This document shows, in pieces, positions 18,819 to 27,157 of a DNA stretch of 37,654 nucleotides. Source of the DNA: Candidatus Bathyarchaeota archaeon RBG_16_48_13 (GTDB taxonomy: Archaea; Thermoproteota; Bathyarchaeia; RBG-16-48-13); the NCBI GenBank assembly GCA_001775995.1, contig MEZH01000013.1:1-37654 (forward strand). The letters are read 5' to 3'. The notes beneath the pieces are model-generated. The model was not told the DNA's origin, did no database searches, and saw nothing but the letters and a program-made list of their open reading frames with translations. Made by a program: the position numbers and the translations under genes. How positions within the stretch are numbered: position 1 is the stretch's first letter; each line of letters begins with the position of its first letter.

Positions 18819-19421
18819 TTATGTGGCTGGAGCTGGTGGTTTGAGATGTCCAAATGTGGTATTTGCCCCTAAGTATAGCCAAGCCGCGGCATAGGCTATG
18901 GCGCCAATCGAGAAGAGCAACCTGAGCCATTTATTGTCACTGTGGGTAGCGGGAACCGAGAGAAACGTTGCTGCGGCCACCGACAAGTAGGCCAGAGCAC
19001 TCTTCAATGGGTCTGAGGTCATTCCATAGGCAAGAATTGAATATGCATCGACAACTAGGTAGGCGCCCAGCACGGCAGCGGAGTAAGAGACTGCTTTCAA
19101 CCCTCTATTCCAGAACAGCGCTGCTGAAAATCCCATGAGATTCAGGCCACCAAGGGCAGCGACCCCGCCAAAGAGTATGTTGGGACCTCCGCCTGGCGAA
19201 GTAAAGATCCAATTGAAGAGAATATGTGTGCCACTAAGGAAAAGAAATAGTCCGTTCAATCCAATAGCTATCGCTAGCCCCCTGCTCATGTTGTGTCCAG
19301 ATTCTTCGATGGCGTCGGTGGACGCCCTGTAAGGCAGTTTCCACAGGGCTATCCCTGACAGAATTCCGCTCGCTGCGATGCTGTACATCATAGTGTCAAG
19401 TAGGTCAAAAGGTGGTGCCAA
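18819..19421 (-). CDS. DUF981-like polytopic membrane protein
   Basis: About six TM helices; FDLLDTM, W..SPGGGPNILFG and GMTSDPLKS motifs resembling DUF981/COG3374; GGAGG RBS before TTG. Confidence 0.65.
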   Translation of the reverse strand: MAPPFDLLDTMMYSIAASGILSGIALWKLPYRASTDAIEESGHNMSRGLAIAIGLNGLFLFLSGTHILFNWIFTSPGGGPNILFGGVAALGGLNLMGFSAALFWNRGLKAVSYSAAVLGAYLVVDAYSILAYGMTSDPLKSALAYLSVAAATFLSVPATHSDNKWLRLLFSIGAIAYAAAWLYLGANTTFGHLKPPAPAT

Positions 19422-19509
19422 ATTTTTTATCCTCCAAGTATTCCGCTTACTTAATTGAAGCCACTATATATGTATTTTCAATAAATTGTCGCGGATAAAC
19501 GAAAATGAT

Positions 19510-19524
19510 TTTACACATTGTAAA
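19510..19524. promoter_or_regulatory. AT-rich palindrome upstream of DUF981-fixCXAB
   Basis: TTTACA-CAT-TGTAAA; TATATA at about 19465-19470 lies between it and the TTG at 19421. Confidence 0.3.
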
Positions 19525-19653
19525 TGAGAATGCCTTAAGATCACGAACCCACTGGGGAAATCGTCCATCCATTTGTGGGCAGCGGACCGTATTGAATCAT
19601 GTCATGCGAATTCTTCAAGAGCTTCCAAGCTCAAATTGACGAGTAGTCACTGA

Positions 19654-21090
19654 CTAAAGGATAAGCAATGACGCCAACACTGGGGCTAGTCCTAGGCCCA
19701 GGGCTACAGTTAGCACAGTGGTCAAAACAACAGCTATCACTGCGGGATCTCGGGGGTTCTCCCTCACCTCGTTGCGGTCATCTGTTCCTCGAGTTGATAG
19801 GACGTATCGTATTATCTGCGCGTAGTAACCGACAGACACACCGGTATTGATTACTGCGATCAGGGCAAGCCAGGGGGCTATCTCTATGACTGAAAAGAAG
19901 AGGTACATGAATTTGCTCCAGAAGCCTATTAGAGGGGGCATGCCAATGAGGCTGAACACCAATATGACGATGCAGGATGATAAGATCGGCATTTTTCTCC
20001 ATAAGCCAGCAATGCCATCTAGATCCGTCCCCAGACCTTTCTCGGCCAAATAGGATAAGGCGACAAAAATGCCTGTTGTAGCCAGGGCGTATGTTGCCAG
20101 ATGTAGGGCAATTCCCTGAGCCCCGATGGTCGCGCTGACTCCGCTGCCGCCAGCTGCGAAACCGACCAACATGTATCCTACATGCGCAAGGCTGCTGTAT
20201 CCCATCATTTTTTGAAAGTTTCTCTGAATCAAAGCCGCTACGTTGCCGAATGTCATCGTCACGATTGCGAATGCAGCGAATAGGAAAAGCCAACTGACGC
20301 CCAATTTCGGAGCGAAGGGATAGACTATCCGCAGAAGTGCGGCGATGCCTGACACCTTCACTATGCCCGCAATATAGGAAACCAAGATTGGATTTACGCC
20401 TCCGTATACATCAGGTAGCCAACCGTGGAAAGGGACAATTCCGACTTTGAAGCCGAAAGCTGCAACGATCATTATGATGGCTGTCAATATCGCTTGCATG
20501 TTGGCGGGGGAGGCGGCTTGCACTATCGTGCGTATGTCGGTGGAACCGGTCACGCCGTATAGGATTGCAATCCCAAAAAGCAGGAAGGCAGAGGCGACAA
20601 TGCCCATCAAGGCGTATTTGGCAGCACCTTCGAGAGAAGCCTCATCTTTCTTTATTCCAACGAATGCGTAGGAAGCCACGGAAACCAACGCCCAAGCCGC
20701 CAGAAGAAGAACCAAATCGTTAACTGCTATTATATAGTAAACCCCTACTGTGATAATAAGGATCAGAGAGAAATAGCTGGGAGCGGTCGTCCATTTTGAG
20801 GTATGGGTGAAAGAGGCAAGCGTTACAAAAAGGGCTCCAAGACTGGTAATAGTGAATAGAAAGGCGCCGTAGGCGTCTATCTTCAAGGCCCCATCGTAGA
20901 CGTACGTCGGGGGGTTGCCCAATGTCAGAGACAGCAATCCAATTGAAAGAGCCAGAGCGAGAAGAATCGCGGCTAGACACAACCAACGGCTTATTCTCTT
21001 CTTCAGATAGTATTCAATCGTCGGCGTGGCTAGTCCGATACCTCCGAGCAACAACCCAAGTATATCCAATAGGATTTCAACGGTCAACAA
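19654..21090 (-). CDS. nuoN: Complex I-like antiporter subunit N
   Basis: EGAAKYALMG, FKVGIVPFHGWLPDVYGG, YSSLAHVGY and GMPPLIGFWSKF motifs. Confidence 0.9.
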   Translation of the reverse strand: MLTVEILLDILGLLLGGIGLATPTIEYYLKKRISRWLCLAAILLALALSIGLLSLTLGNPPTYVYDGALKIDAYGAFLFTITSLGALFVTLASFTHTSKWTTAPSYFSLILIITVGVYYIIAVNDLVLLLAAWALVSVASYAFVGIKKDEASLEGAAKYALMGIVASAFLLFGIAILYGVTGSTDIRTIVQAASPANMQAILTAIIMIVAAFGFKVGIVPFHGWLPDVYGGVNPILVSYIAGIVKVSGIAALLRIVYPFAPKLGVSWLFLFAAFAIVTMTFGNVAALIQRNFQKMMGYSSLAHVGYMLVGFAAGGSGVSATIGAQGIALHLATYALATTGIFVALSYLAEKGLGTDLDGIAGLWRKMPILSSCIVILVFSLIGMPPLIGFWSKFMYLFFSVIEIAPWLALIAVINTGVSVGYYAQIIRYVLSTRGTDDRNEVRENPRDPAVIAVVLTTVLTVALGLGLAPVLASLLIL

Positions 21091-21096
21091 GTCTTC

Positions 21097-23313
21097 CTAA
21101 ATCACCCCCAACAAGAGCAACAGAAGGAGTGCGTTGAACCCTAGCAAGAGGAGCAGAAGGTAGTCGTTGACCCTGCCTGTCTGAATCCTTCTGAAAGCGT
21201 TTGAAAGAAGGAGCGACGCCTTGGCGACCACAAGGTTATAGCCTTTATCTATGACTGCGGTTTCAAAGGCCTTGAATATGGAATCAGAAGCAAGCACGAA
21301 CGCTCTTGGCATCGCGCGATGATAGCCTCTGTCTATTACGCCTGTTTCAAAATATTTGGAGCCCACCGAAGAAGCCTTGGCTGCAAACCAGGGTATGATT
21401 CTATGATAAACGCGATCCACAACCCCTACATCCACGTATTTGAAAAGTCCATTCGCCAAATTGCTGGCTCCTTGGACAAAGATCTTGTAGTAGATCGAAT
21501 TCAAGTACCACCTATTGTACAGAAAACTCTGAATTCCCCTGGAGACCTTGTTCTTAGCCAATCTTTCGCCTATTTTCAAGTTTGATCCTCGTTTTCCATA
21601 TGTCAGGTAGGCCGTGCCCACGCCCACGGAAACCATGGCCAAGGACGTCCCCGTGAGAAGAGGGTCAAGCTCAACGCCAATGCTGAGGGGTTTCTCGGTC
21701 ATCGCCAACGCGTTCTTTATCAGTGCAGAGGAGATATCGCCTCCAACGAAAATCCAGACTACGCCAATCGCAACGGTCACAATTGCTAGCAATGCGTAGG
21801 GGGCGAGCAGCATTGGGTTTGCCTCATGCAATTCATTTTCCCCGGCCATGTGCTTTACTCTTTCAGAGGGCTGTGTCAGGAAGGTCTTCATTATGAGTCT
21901 GATCGAGTAGAAGGCTGTAAGAGCGATGGTTATCACCATCAACATCAACGGGACGAACAAATTGGTCTGATACACTATCTCTAGAAGATGATCCTTCGTC
22001 CAGAAACCCAGTAGAGGAGGTACTCCTGAGAGGCTTAGCGCCGCGATGAGCATGGTTATGAAGGTGACCTTCATGAACTTCGACAGGCCCCCCATATCGT
22101 CCATGTACCTAGATTCCACCGAGTGGATTACGGCTCCAGCCGCGAGAAACAGCGACGCCTTGAAGATTGCGTGGCTCATCAGGTAATTGAAGGCTGCAAT
22201 GAAGCCGCTGCTGAAATCAGCGATTAGCCCCGAAGCGCCACATGCCATGAAGATCAAGCCCAATTGAGAGGCTGTTGAAAACGCCAAGACCAATTTGAGC
22301 TCTTTCGCCACGATTGCCTGCGTCGCCATCAGGAAAGCTGTGAACGCTCCCAAGTAGACGATGACCGTAAAATAGAGTCTCACGTCGGCGGCAGCGCTGG
22401 GCACGATAAGGTTCAGTTCCCTCGATGCAAGATAGATTATGGGCGTGAATCGAAGCATGAAGAAAATGCCTGCTTTCACCATTGTTGCAGCGTGTATTAA
22501 CGCGCTGACGGACGTTGGGCCGGTCATAGCTGTGACGAGCCATTCGTGAAAAGGAAATTGGGCGCTCTTGGCCATGGCGCCTAGCGTAAAAGCGAACATG
22601 AACGGAAGCAGCATCCCTCTTACCGCCAGTTCCTGACCCCACAGTGCAACATTGCTAGCCATCGCGGGAATGCTTAGCGAATTCGTAAGCATGTAGATCA
22701 CCCCAATGCCGGCAATTAATCCGACATCCCCCAATCTCGTGAAGACGAGGGCTCGAACACCACTGTGGCTCGGTGAGAAGTCCATGGGGATACCCAAGAC
22801 CTTTCTGCCTTCGTCCCCCACCCACTTGTCCTTCTGATCGGTGAACCAATGCCCTATGAGGGCGTAGGAGGCTAAGCCTGTGCCTTCCCATCCAATAAAC
22901 ATCAGAAGTAGATTTCCTGCCATGACTATGAGTAGCATGCTTGCGGTGAAGAAACTGAAAAAAAACCAGTACCGAGTGAGGCCCGCGTCACCTTCCATGT
23001 ATTTGAGGCTGTAGAAGCCTATGAGAAAACACAGCCACGTGACGATAAAGGCCATGAATGCGCCCAAGGAATCGACAAATATCTCAACCTGAACCTGAAG
23101 CGATGGCACCCAAGGAACGGAAAAATGAACTACCCCACTTTCAAGGACCGTCTTCAGCAACAGCGTTGAGGAAAACGCGCTGAGGAATAGCATGCCGACA
23201 GCAACATATCCTCGCCATTTATCCAACTTCAAAACTGACAGAAGAAGTACGATGGCCGCTCCAACATAAGGGGCCGCCCATGTTGCGTTGGCTATTATTC
23301 CGTCTAGTATCAA
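21097..23313 (-). CDS. nuoL: Complex I-like antiporter subunit L with elongated lateral helix (738 aa)
   Basis: GWEGTGLASYALIGHWF, AKSAQFPFHEWL, SALIHAATMVKAG, SHAIFKASLFL, GFWTKD and C-terminal QTG motif. Confidence 0.93.
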   Translation of the reverse strand: MILDGIIANATWAAPYVGAAIVLLLSVLKLDKWRGYVAVGMLFLSAFSSTLLLKTVLESGVVHFSVPWVPSLQVQVEIFVDSLGAFMAFIVTWLCFLIGFYSLKYMEGDAGLTRYWFFFSFFTASMLLIVMAGNLLLMFIGWEGTGLASYALIGHWFTDQKDKWVGDEGRKVLGIPMDFSPSHSGVRALVFTRLGDVGLIAGIGVIYMLTNSLSIPAMASNVALWGQELAVRGMLLPFMFAFTLGAMAKSAQFPFHEWLVTAMTGPTSVSALIHAATMVKAGIFFMLRFTPIIYLASRELNLIVPSAAADVRLYFTVIVYLGAFTAFLMATQAIVAKELKLVLAFSTASQLGLIFMACGASGLIADFSSGFIAAFNYLMSHAIFKASLFLAAGAVIHSVESRYMDDMGGLSKFMKVTFITMLIAALSLSGVPPLLGFWTKDHLLEIVYQTNLFVPLMLMVITIALTAFYSIRLIMKTFLTQPSERVKHMAGENELHEANPMLLAPYALLAIVTVAIGVVWIFVGGDISSALIKNALAMTEKPLSIGVELDPLLTGTSLAMVSVGVGTAYLTYGKRGSNLKIGERLAKNKVSRGIQSFLYNRWYLNSIYYKIFVQGASNLANGLFKYVDVGVVDRVYHRIIPWFAAKASSVGSKYFETGVIDRGYHRAMPRAFVLASDSIFKAFETAVIDKGYNLVVAKASLLLSNAFRRIQTGRVNDYLLLLLLGFNALLLLLLLGVI
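21196..21447 (-). repeat. Three tandem 84-nt / 28-aa imperfect repeats in the NuoL lateral helix
   Basis: LFKYVDVGVVDRVYHRIIPWFAAKASSV / GSKYFETGVIDRGYHRAMPRAFVLASDS / IFKAFETAVIDKGYNLVVAKASLLLSNA; on the + strand GTTTCAAA recurs at 21260 and 21344 and TATTT at 21353 and 21437 (84-nt period). Confidence 0.85.
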
Positions 23314-23322
23314 GGAGATCTT

Positions 23323-24876
23323 CTACCTTAGCAAGCTCCTGACAAGATTGGAAAGTGGGTCTATGAAAATCGCCGGCCAAAAGAAGAGCAGTATTCCAAT
23401 TATCGCTATCACTATGATAGGAAACAGGAGGTCTCGTCTTTCCTTCGTGGGTTCATTGGAAATCTCTGGAGAGGGAGGCCCGAAGAAGATGCGTTTGATT
23501 GTGATGAAAGAATATGCCGTTGAGAGCCCTATGGCGACCAGCAGACCTATCACGAGGAGCACGAATGCAGTCGCGCCAATTTCGCTGGCCCGAGCTACTG
23601 CTCCAAAGACTATGAGCACTTCGCTCCAGAGGCCGAGCGAGGGCGGCACGCCAGTTATCTGCATGAACCCAATGAGGGCCAAGGCGGCAGTTACCGGCAA
23701 TCGAACAGCTAGTCCACCCATCTTCCGTATGCTTCTTAACCCGTGAAGCTGAACGATTAGAACACCCGCAACAGAGAAGAGCACAGCCTTTCCGACAGCA
23801 TGTGTTGCGTATTGAAGCATGGCTCCTGAGACACCGAGGGTGTTGAGACTTGAGATTCCCAGGAGCAAGTAGCCCATCTGGGAAATGCTGGAATATGCCA
23901 GCATCCTCTTGAAATCATCTTGAGCAAGCGTCATCAAACCTCCATAGATCATTGTTATCAGCGACAGCACAATCAGATACACCGAGATCGAAGCAAAAAC
24001 GGTCGGAAACAATAGGTAAGCGATCCTCACTAGAGCATAGCCACCAATTCCAATTAGGTTAGGCGAGAGAAGGGCCGAAACAGGGGTTGGAGCCTCAGCG
24101 TGAGCGTAGGGCAACCAAATATGAACGCCGAAGACTGCCATTTTCACCAATAGGCCAACAATCAGAATCAAGGCAACATAGAAAATAATGTTCTGCGGGA
24201 GAAGTTCGCCTATTCCGATGTTGAAGGTCAAGGTTTGCATATTCAGTATGTCAAAAGTCTTTGCGTTAAATCCTACAGTTATCGCTCCAATTAAGAAAAG
24301 CAGAGCACCCACGTGAGTCCAGATCAGATACATCAGCGCAATCCTCTCTCGAGCTCCGTATCCATAAAATGCAATTAGGAGAAAACTGGGGACCAGAGTC
24401 AATTCAAGGAATATGTAGAACTCCGCGAGGTTAGTGGATAGGGCAGTCCCAAGCATGGCTGACGCGAACATGATGTAGAGCATGTAATAGATTCCCCAGG
24501 ACGGTTCGTGTGTGCCCTCTTTCTGCATGTCCTCAAAGCGGTGCTCCATGTAGGGAAAAGAGAAGACAGCCACCATGGTTGTGACTAGGACTATGGAAAA
24601 AGCAATGGGCCCGCTCAGTCCATCCAGCAACATAGAAAAGGAACCCAAAAAGGGCTGACCAAAATATGGGGGGTCTACGACACCTTCGTTGAGTCCTGGG
24701 AAGAACGTGAACCCAACGATAACAATCAGCGGATAGAGCAAGAGCAACGTGCTCAAAGTCGCCACCGTCTTGGCTCGAATTCTCCTTCCGATTACGGGTA
24801 GGAGCACTGAAGCCAAAAAGGGTACCACAACTGAGGTTAGTAGTATAGGTTGGTCCAGTTTCAACATTTTTTTCAC
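23323..24876 (-). CDS. nuoM: Complex I-like antiporter subunit M
   Basis: FYIFLELTLVP, VKMAVFGVHIWLPYAHAEAP, AYSSISQMGY and GVPPSLGLWSE motifs. Confidence 0.92.
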   Translation of the reverse strand: MKKMLKLDQPILLTSVVVPFLASVLLPVIGRRIRAKTVATLSTLLLLYPLIVIVGFTFFPGLNEGVVDPPYFGQPFLGSFSMLLDGLSGPIAFSIVLVTTMVAVFSFPYMEHRFEDMQKEGTHEPSWGIYYMLYIMFASAMLGTALSTNLAEFYIFLELTLVPSFLLIAFYGYGARERIALMYLIWTHVGALLFLIGAITVGFNAKTFDILNMQTLTFNIGIGELLPQNIIFYVALILIVGLLVKMAVFGVHIWLPYAHAEAPTPVSALLSPNLIGIGGYALVRIAYLLFPTVFASISVYLIVLSLITMIYGGLMTLAQDDFKRMLAYSSISQMGYLLLGISSLNTLGVSGAMLQYATHAVGKAVLFSVAGVLIVQLHGLRSIRKMGGLAVRLPVTAALALIGFMQITGVPPSLGLWSEVLIVFGAVARASEIGATAFVLLVIGLLVAIGLSTAYSFITIKRIFFGPPSPEISNEPTKERRDLLFPIIVIAIIGILLFFWPAIFIDPLSNLVRSLLR

Positions 24877-25181
24877 CCTTTGAACTTTCTCAGCTCATAG
24901 ACATCCAAACGCTTCTTGTGTTGGAACATCAGTATTGCGATCGAAACCATTATTCCCACATCGGCAACCGCGATGCCAATGGCCAGCAGTGCTATAACCC
25001 CTCCGGCTGCAGGGGAAGTTGACGATGAGGCGAGGGTAAGAAGCATGAGCACAGCAGCATTGAAATTGATCTCCGCGGACAAGAGCATCCGAAGCATATT
25101 CCTCTTTGTGATTATCCCGTATAGACCGATCCCAAACATGGCAGCTGATAGTCCCAACAATATGTATATTTCTTCCATCAA
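24873..25181 (-). CDS. nuoK: Complex I-like subunit K
   Basis: Three TM helices; GLYGIITKRNMLRMLLSAEINFNAA motif. Confidence 0.9.
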   Translation of the reverse strand: MMEEIYILLGLSAAMFGIGLYGIITKRNMLRMLLSAEINFNAAVLMLLTLASSSTSPAAGGVIALLAIGIAVADVGIMVSIAILMFQHKKRLDVYELRKFKG

Positions 25182-25675
25182 ATCTCTTCCCGTCTAGCCA
25201 GTGTTATGGCTTCAATTAGTGTCGTGACCAAGGTCAACGCTGCGACAACTAACGCGAACCAGTATTTCTGAGTCAATAAACTCGCGAGCTCACGATAGCT
25301 AATGTTGATTGGTGCCAAGGTCTTCCCGAAATATTCACCGAATATTACTAGAAGTAGAAGAAACGTCAACAACACAGAGACGGCAGCGATGATCCTGAGC
25401 GGGCGTTCAATCAAAGGGGTCTCCTCGAACATAGTTATGGAGAAGAGAATGAATACAACGGCTGCGCCTATATACACTGCCACGTGAAAGATTGCCACAA
25501 ATGTGAATCCTAATAGTGCGAAAATGGACGCGATAGATATGCCCATAATCCCCAGAAAGAATGCTGAGTAGACCAAAGATTTGTGCTCAACTACGATGAG
25601 CGAAGACAACAAAGTCACTGCAGCCAGCACGACAAGGATCATAAGGCTGGGATCGAAAAGTTCAACAGGACTCAT
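25178..25675 (-). CDS. nuoJ: Complex I-like subunit J
   Basis: SLVYSAFFLG, HVAVYIGAAVVFILF and KYWFAL motifs; ATG 25675 preferred over the track start 25729. Confidence 0.85.
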   Translation of the reverse strand: MSPVELFDPSLMILVVLAAVTLLSSLIVVEHKSLVYSAFFLGIMGISIASIFALLGFTFVAIFHVAVYIGAAVVFILFSITMFEETPLIERPLRIIAAVSVLLTFLLLLVIFGEYFGKTLAPINISYRELASLLTQKYWFALVVAALTLVTTLIEAITLARREEI

Positions 25676-26135
25676 ATCTGAGACCTCTTTTCTCGTCAAA
25701 TAGGGGTTTAACCCTCGGCTTATCCTCAATGACTGGATCTTTACTGAAATCTTCTGGTTTCAATACCTGCTCACCAAGAGTGTAGCATGCTGCATCGTGA
25801 GAACCAGACATTTCGAGAGCGTCAACAGGGCAAATATCAACGCAGAACCCGCAGAATATACATCTTTGGTATGTTATTCCGGGATATTTTCTGACATCAA
25901 CTTTGACCATTTTTAATGCGTTTGACGGACAAATGCGGGCGCATAATGTGCAGCTTATGCATATGTCGATGCGAAGCTTTAACATTCCTCTGTAATTCGG
26001 TCCAAGGTCTTGAAGAACCTCAGGGTATAGTACGGTCATTCGAGGTTTGAAGATGTGCTCTATTCCAGACCTGATTGCTTGCATGTGTCCTGTCAGGCCA
26101 AGCAGCTTCCCCGCTCTACGATCTTTGGGTTTCAT
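25662..26135 (-). CDS. nuoI: Complex I-like subunit I (2x[4Fe-4S])
   Basis: TVLYPE, CISCTLCARICP and CIFCGFCVDICP; ATG 26135 lies 2 nt after the nuoH stop. Confidence 0.92.
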   Translation of the reverse strand: MKPKDRRAGKLLGLTGHMQAIRSGIEHIFKPRMTVLYPEVLQDLGPNYRGMLKLRIDICISCTLCARICPSNALKMVKVDVRKYPGITYQRCIFCGFCVDICPVDALEMSGSHDAACYTLGEQVLKPEDFSKDPVIEDKPRVKPLFDEKRGLRYESC

Positions 26136-26137
26136 AA

Positions 26138-27154
26138 CTAGAACCCCAGCACCCACACAATGCCGAGTGAGAGAGCCACAGACGCCACAGACAATACGAA
26201 GAGGGTGTGCCATCCCAGTTTCAGCACTTGGTCTATACGGAATCTTGGGTATATGCTCCTCATGAATACGCATAAGCCCATCACAAGGAGACCTTTGACA
26301 AAAACGGCCACTCCCGGAAGAATTGGATTCAAGGTCAAGGGCCAAATAAGAGGATTCCAGCCCCCCAAAAAGACCTCGGCGAAGAACAAGCTTAGGACGC
26401 TCAGTTTTGCGTACGATGCCCCAAGACAGAGCACGAAAATTATGCCGCTGTACTCGGTGTACGGTCCAATCACTAGTTCGCTCTCGGCCTCGGCAACGTC
26501 GAAGGGAAAACGCGCCGTCGTCATGAGCATCGCAACAAAAAACGTTATGGCCGCCAATGGGTTGAGCGCGATCCCCCAGAGACCAGATGATTGTCTTCCC
26601 ACGACTTGTACCAGATCTAGGGTGTCGTATGCTACGGCCATAGCCAAAATGGAAACAAACATCGGAATCTCATAAGCCATCATTAGGTAACCGTCTCGCA
26701 GGCTTCCGATGAAGGAGAACTTGTTGTTGCTTGACCAGCCCAGGAGAAGCATGAATATTGGAGTTATCGTCAGCAGCGCCAGGACCAGGAGAAGACTCAA
26801 ATCGCTGAAAAAAGCGGCGTAGCTGTTGCTTAGTGGAATGGCTACCACCGGCAACATAGATAGCGTGAACAAGAAAATTGGAGAAAGGATGAATGCTTTT
26901 TTATCAGATCCCTTCGGAATAATGATCTCGGTGAAGAGAAACTTCAGCAGATCCGCTACTAATTGAGGTAGGCCTCCCAATGATTTCAAAACGTATAGGG
27001 GCCCATACCTCAACTGAACTTTAGCTGTGAGCTTTCTCTCGAACCATGCAATGAATATGATGACAAGGAATGTTGTCAGAAGCCCAGGAAAAATAAGGGG
27101 GATGATGATCGTGGGGGACAGTAATATCTGCAGCAACTGCTCAACAACATTCAT
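26138..27154 (-). CDS. nuoH: Complex I-like subunit H
   Basis: ERKLTAKVQLRYGP, QLVADLLKF, RFPFDVAEAESELVIGPYTEYSG and YPRFRIDQ motifs. Confidence 0.94.
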   Translation of the reverse strand: MNVVEQLLQILLSPTIIIPLIFPGLLTTFLVIIFIAWFERKLTAKVQLRYGPLYVLKSLGGLPQLVADLLKFLFTEIIIPKGSDKKAFILSPIFLFTLSMLPVVAIPLSNSYAAFFSDLSLLLVLALLTITPIFMLLLGWSSNNKFSFIGSLRDGYLMMAYEIPMFVSILAMAVAYDTLDLVQVVGRQSSGLWGIALNPLAAITFFVAMLMTTARFPFDVAEAESELVIGPYTEYSGIIFVLCLGASYAKLSVLSLFFAEVFLGGWNPLIWPLTLNPILPGVAVFVKGLLVMGLCVFMRSIYPRFRIDQVLKLGWHTLFVLSVASVALSLGIVWVLGF

Positions 27155-27157
27155 GAT

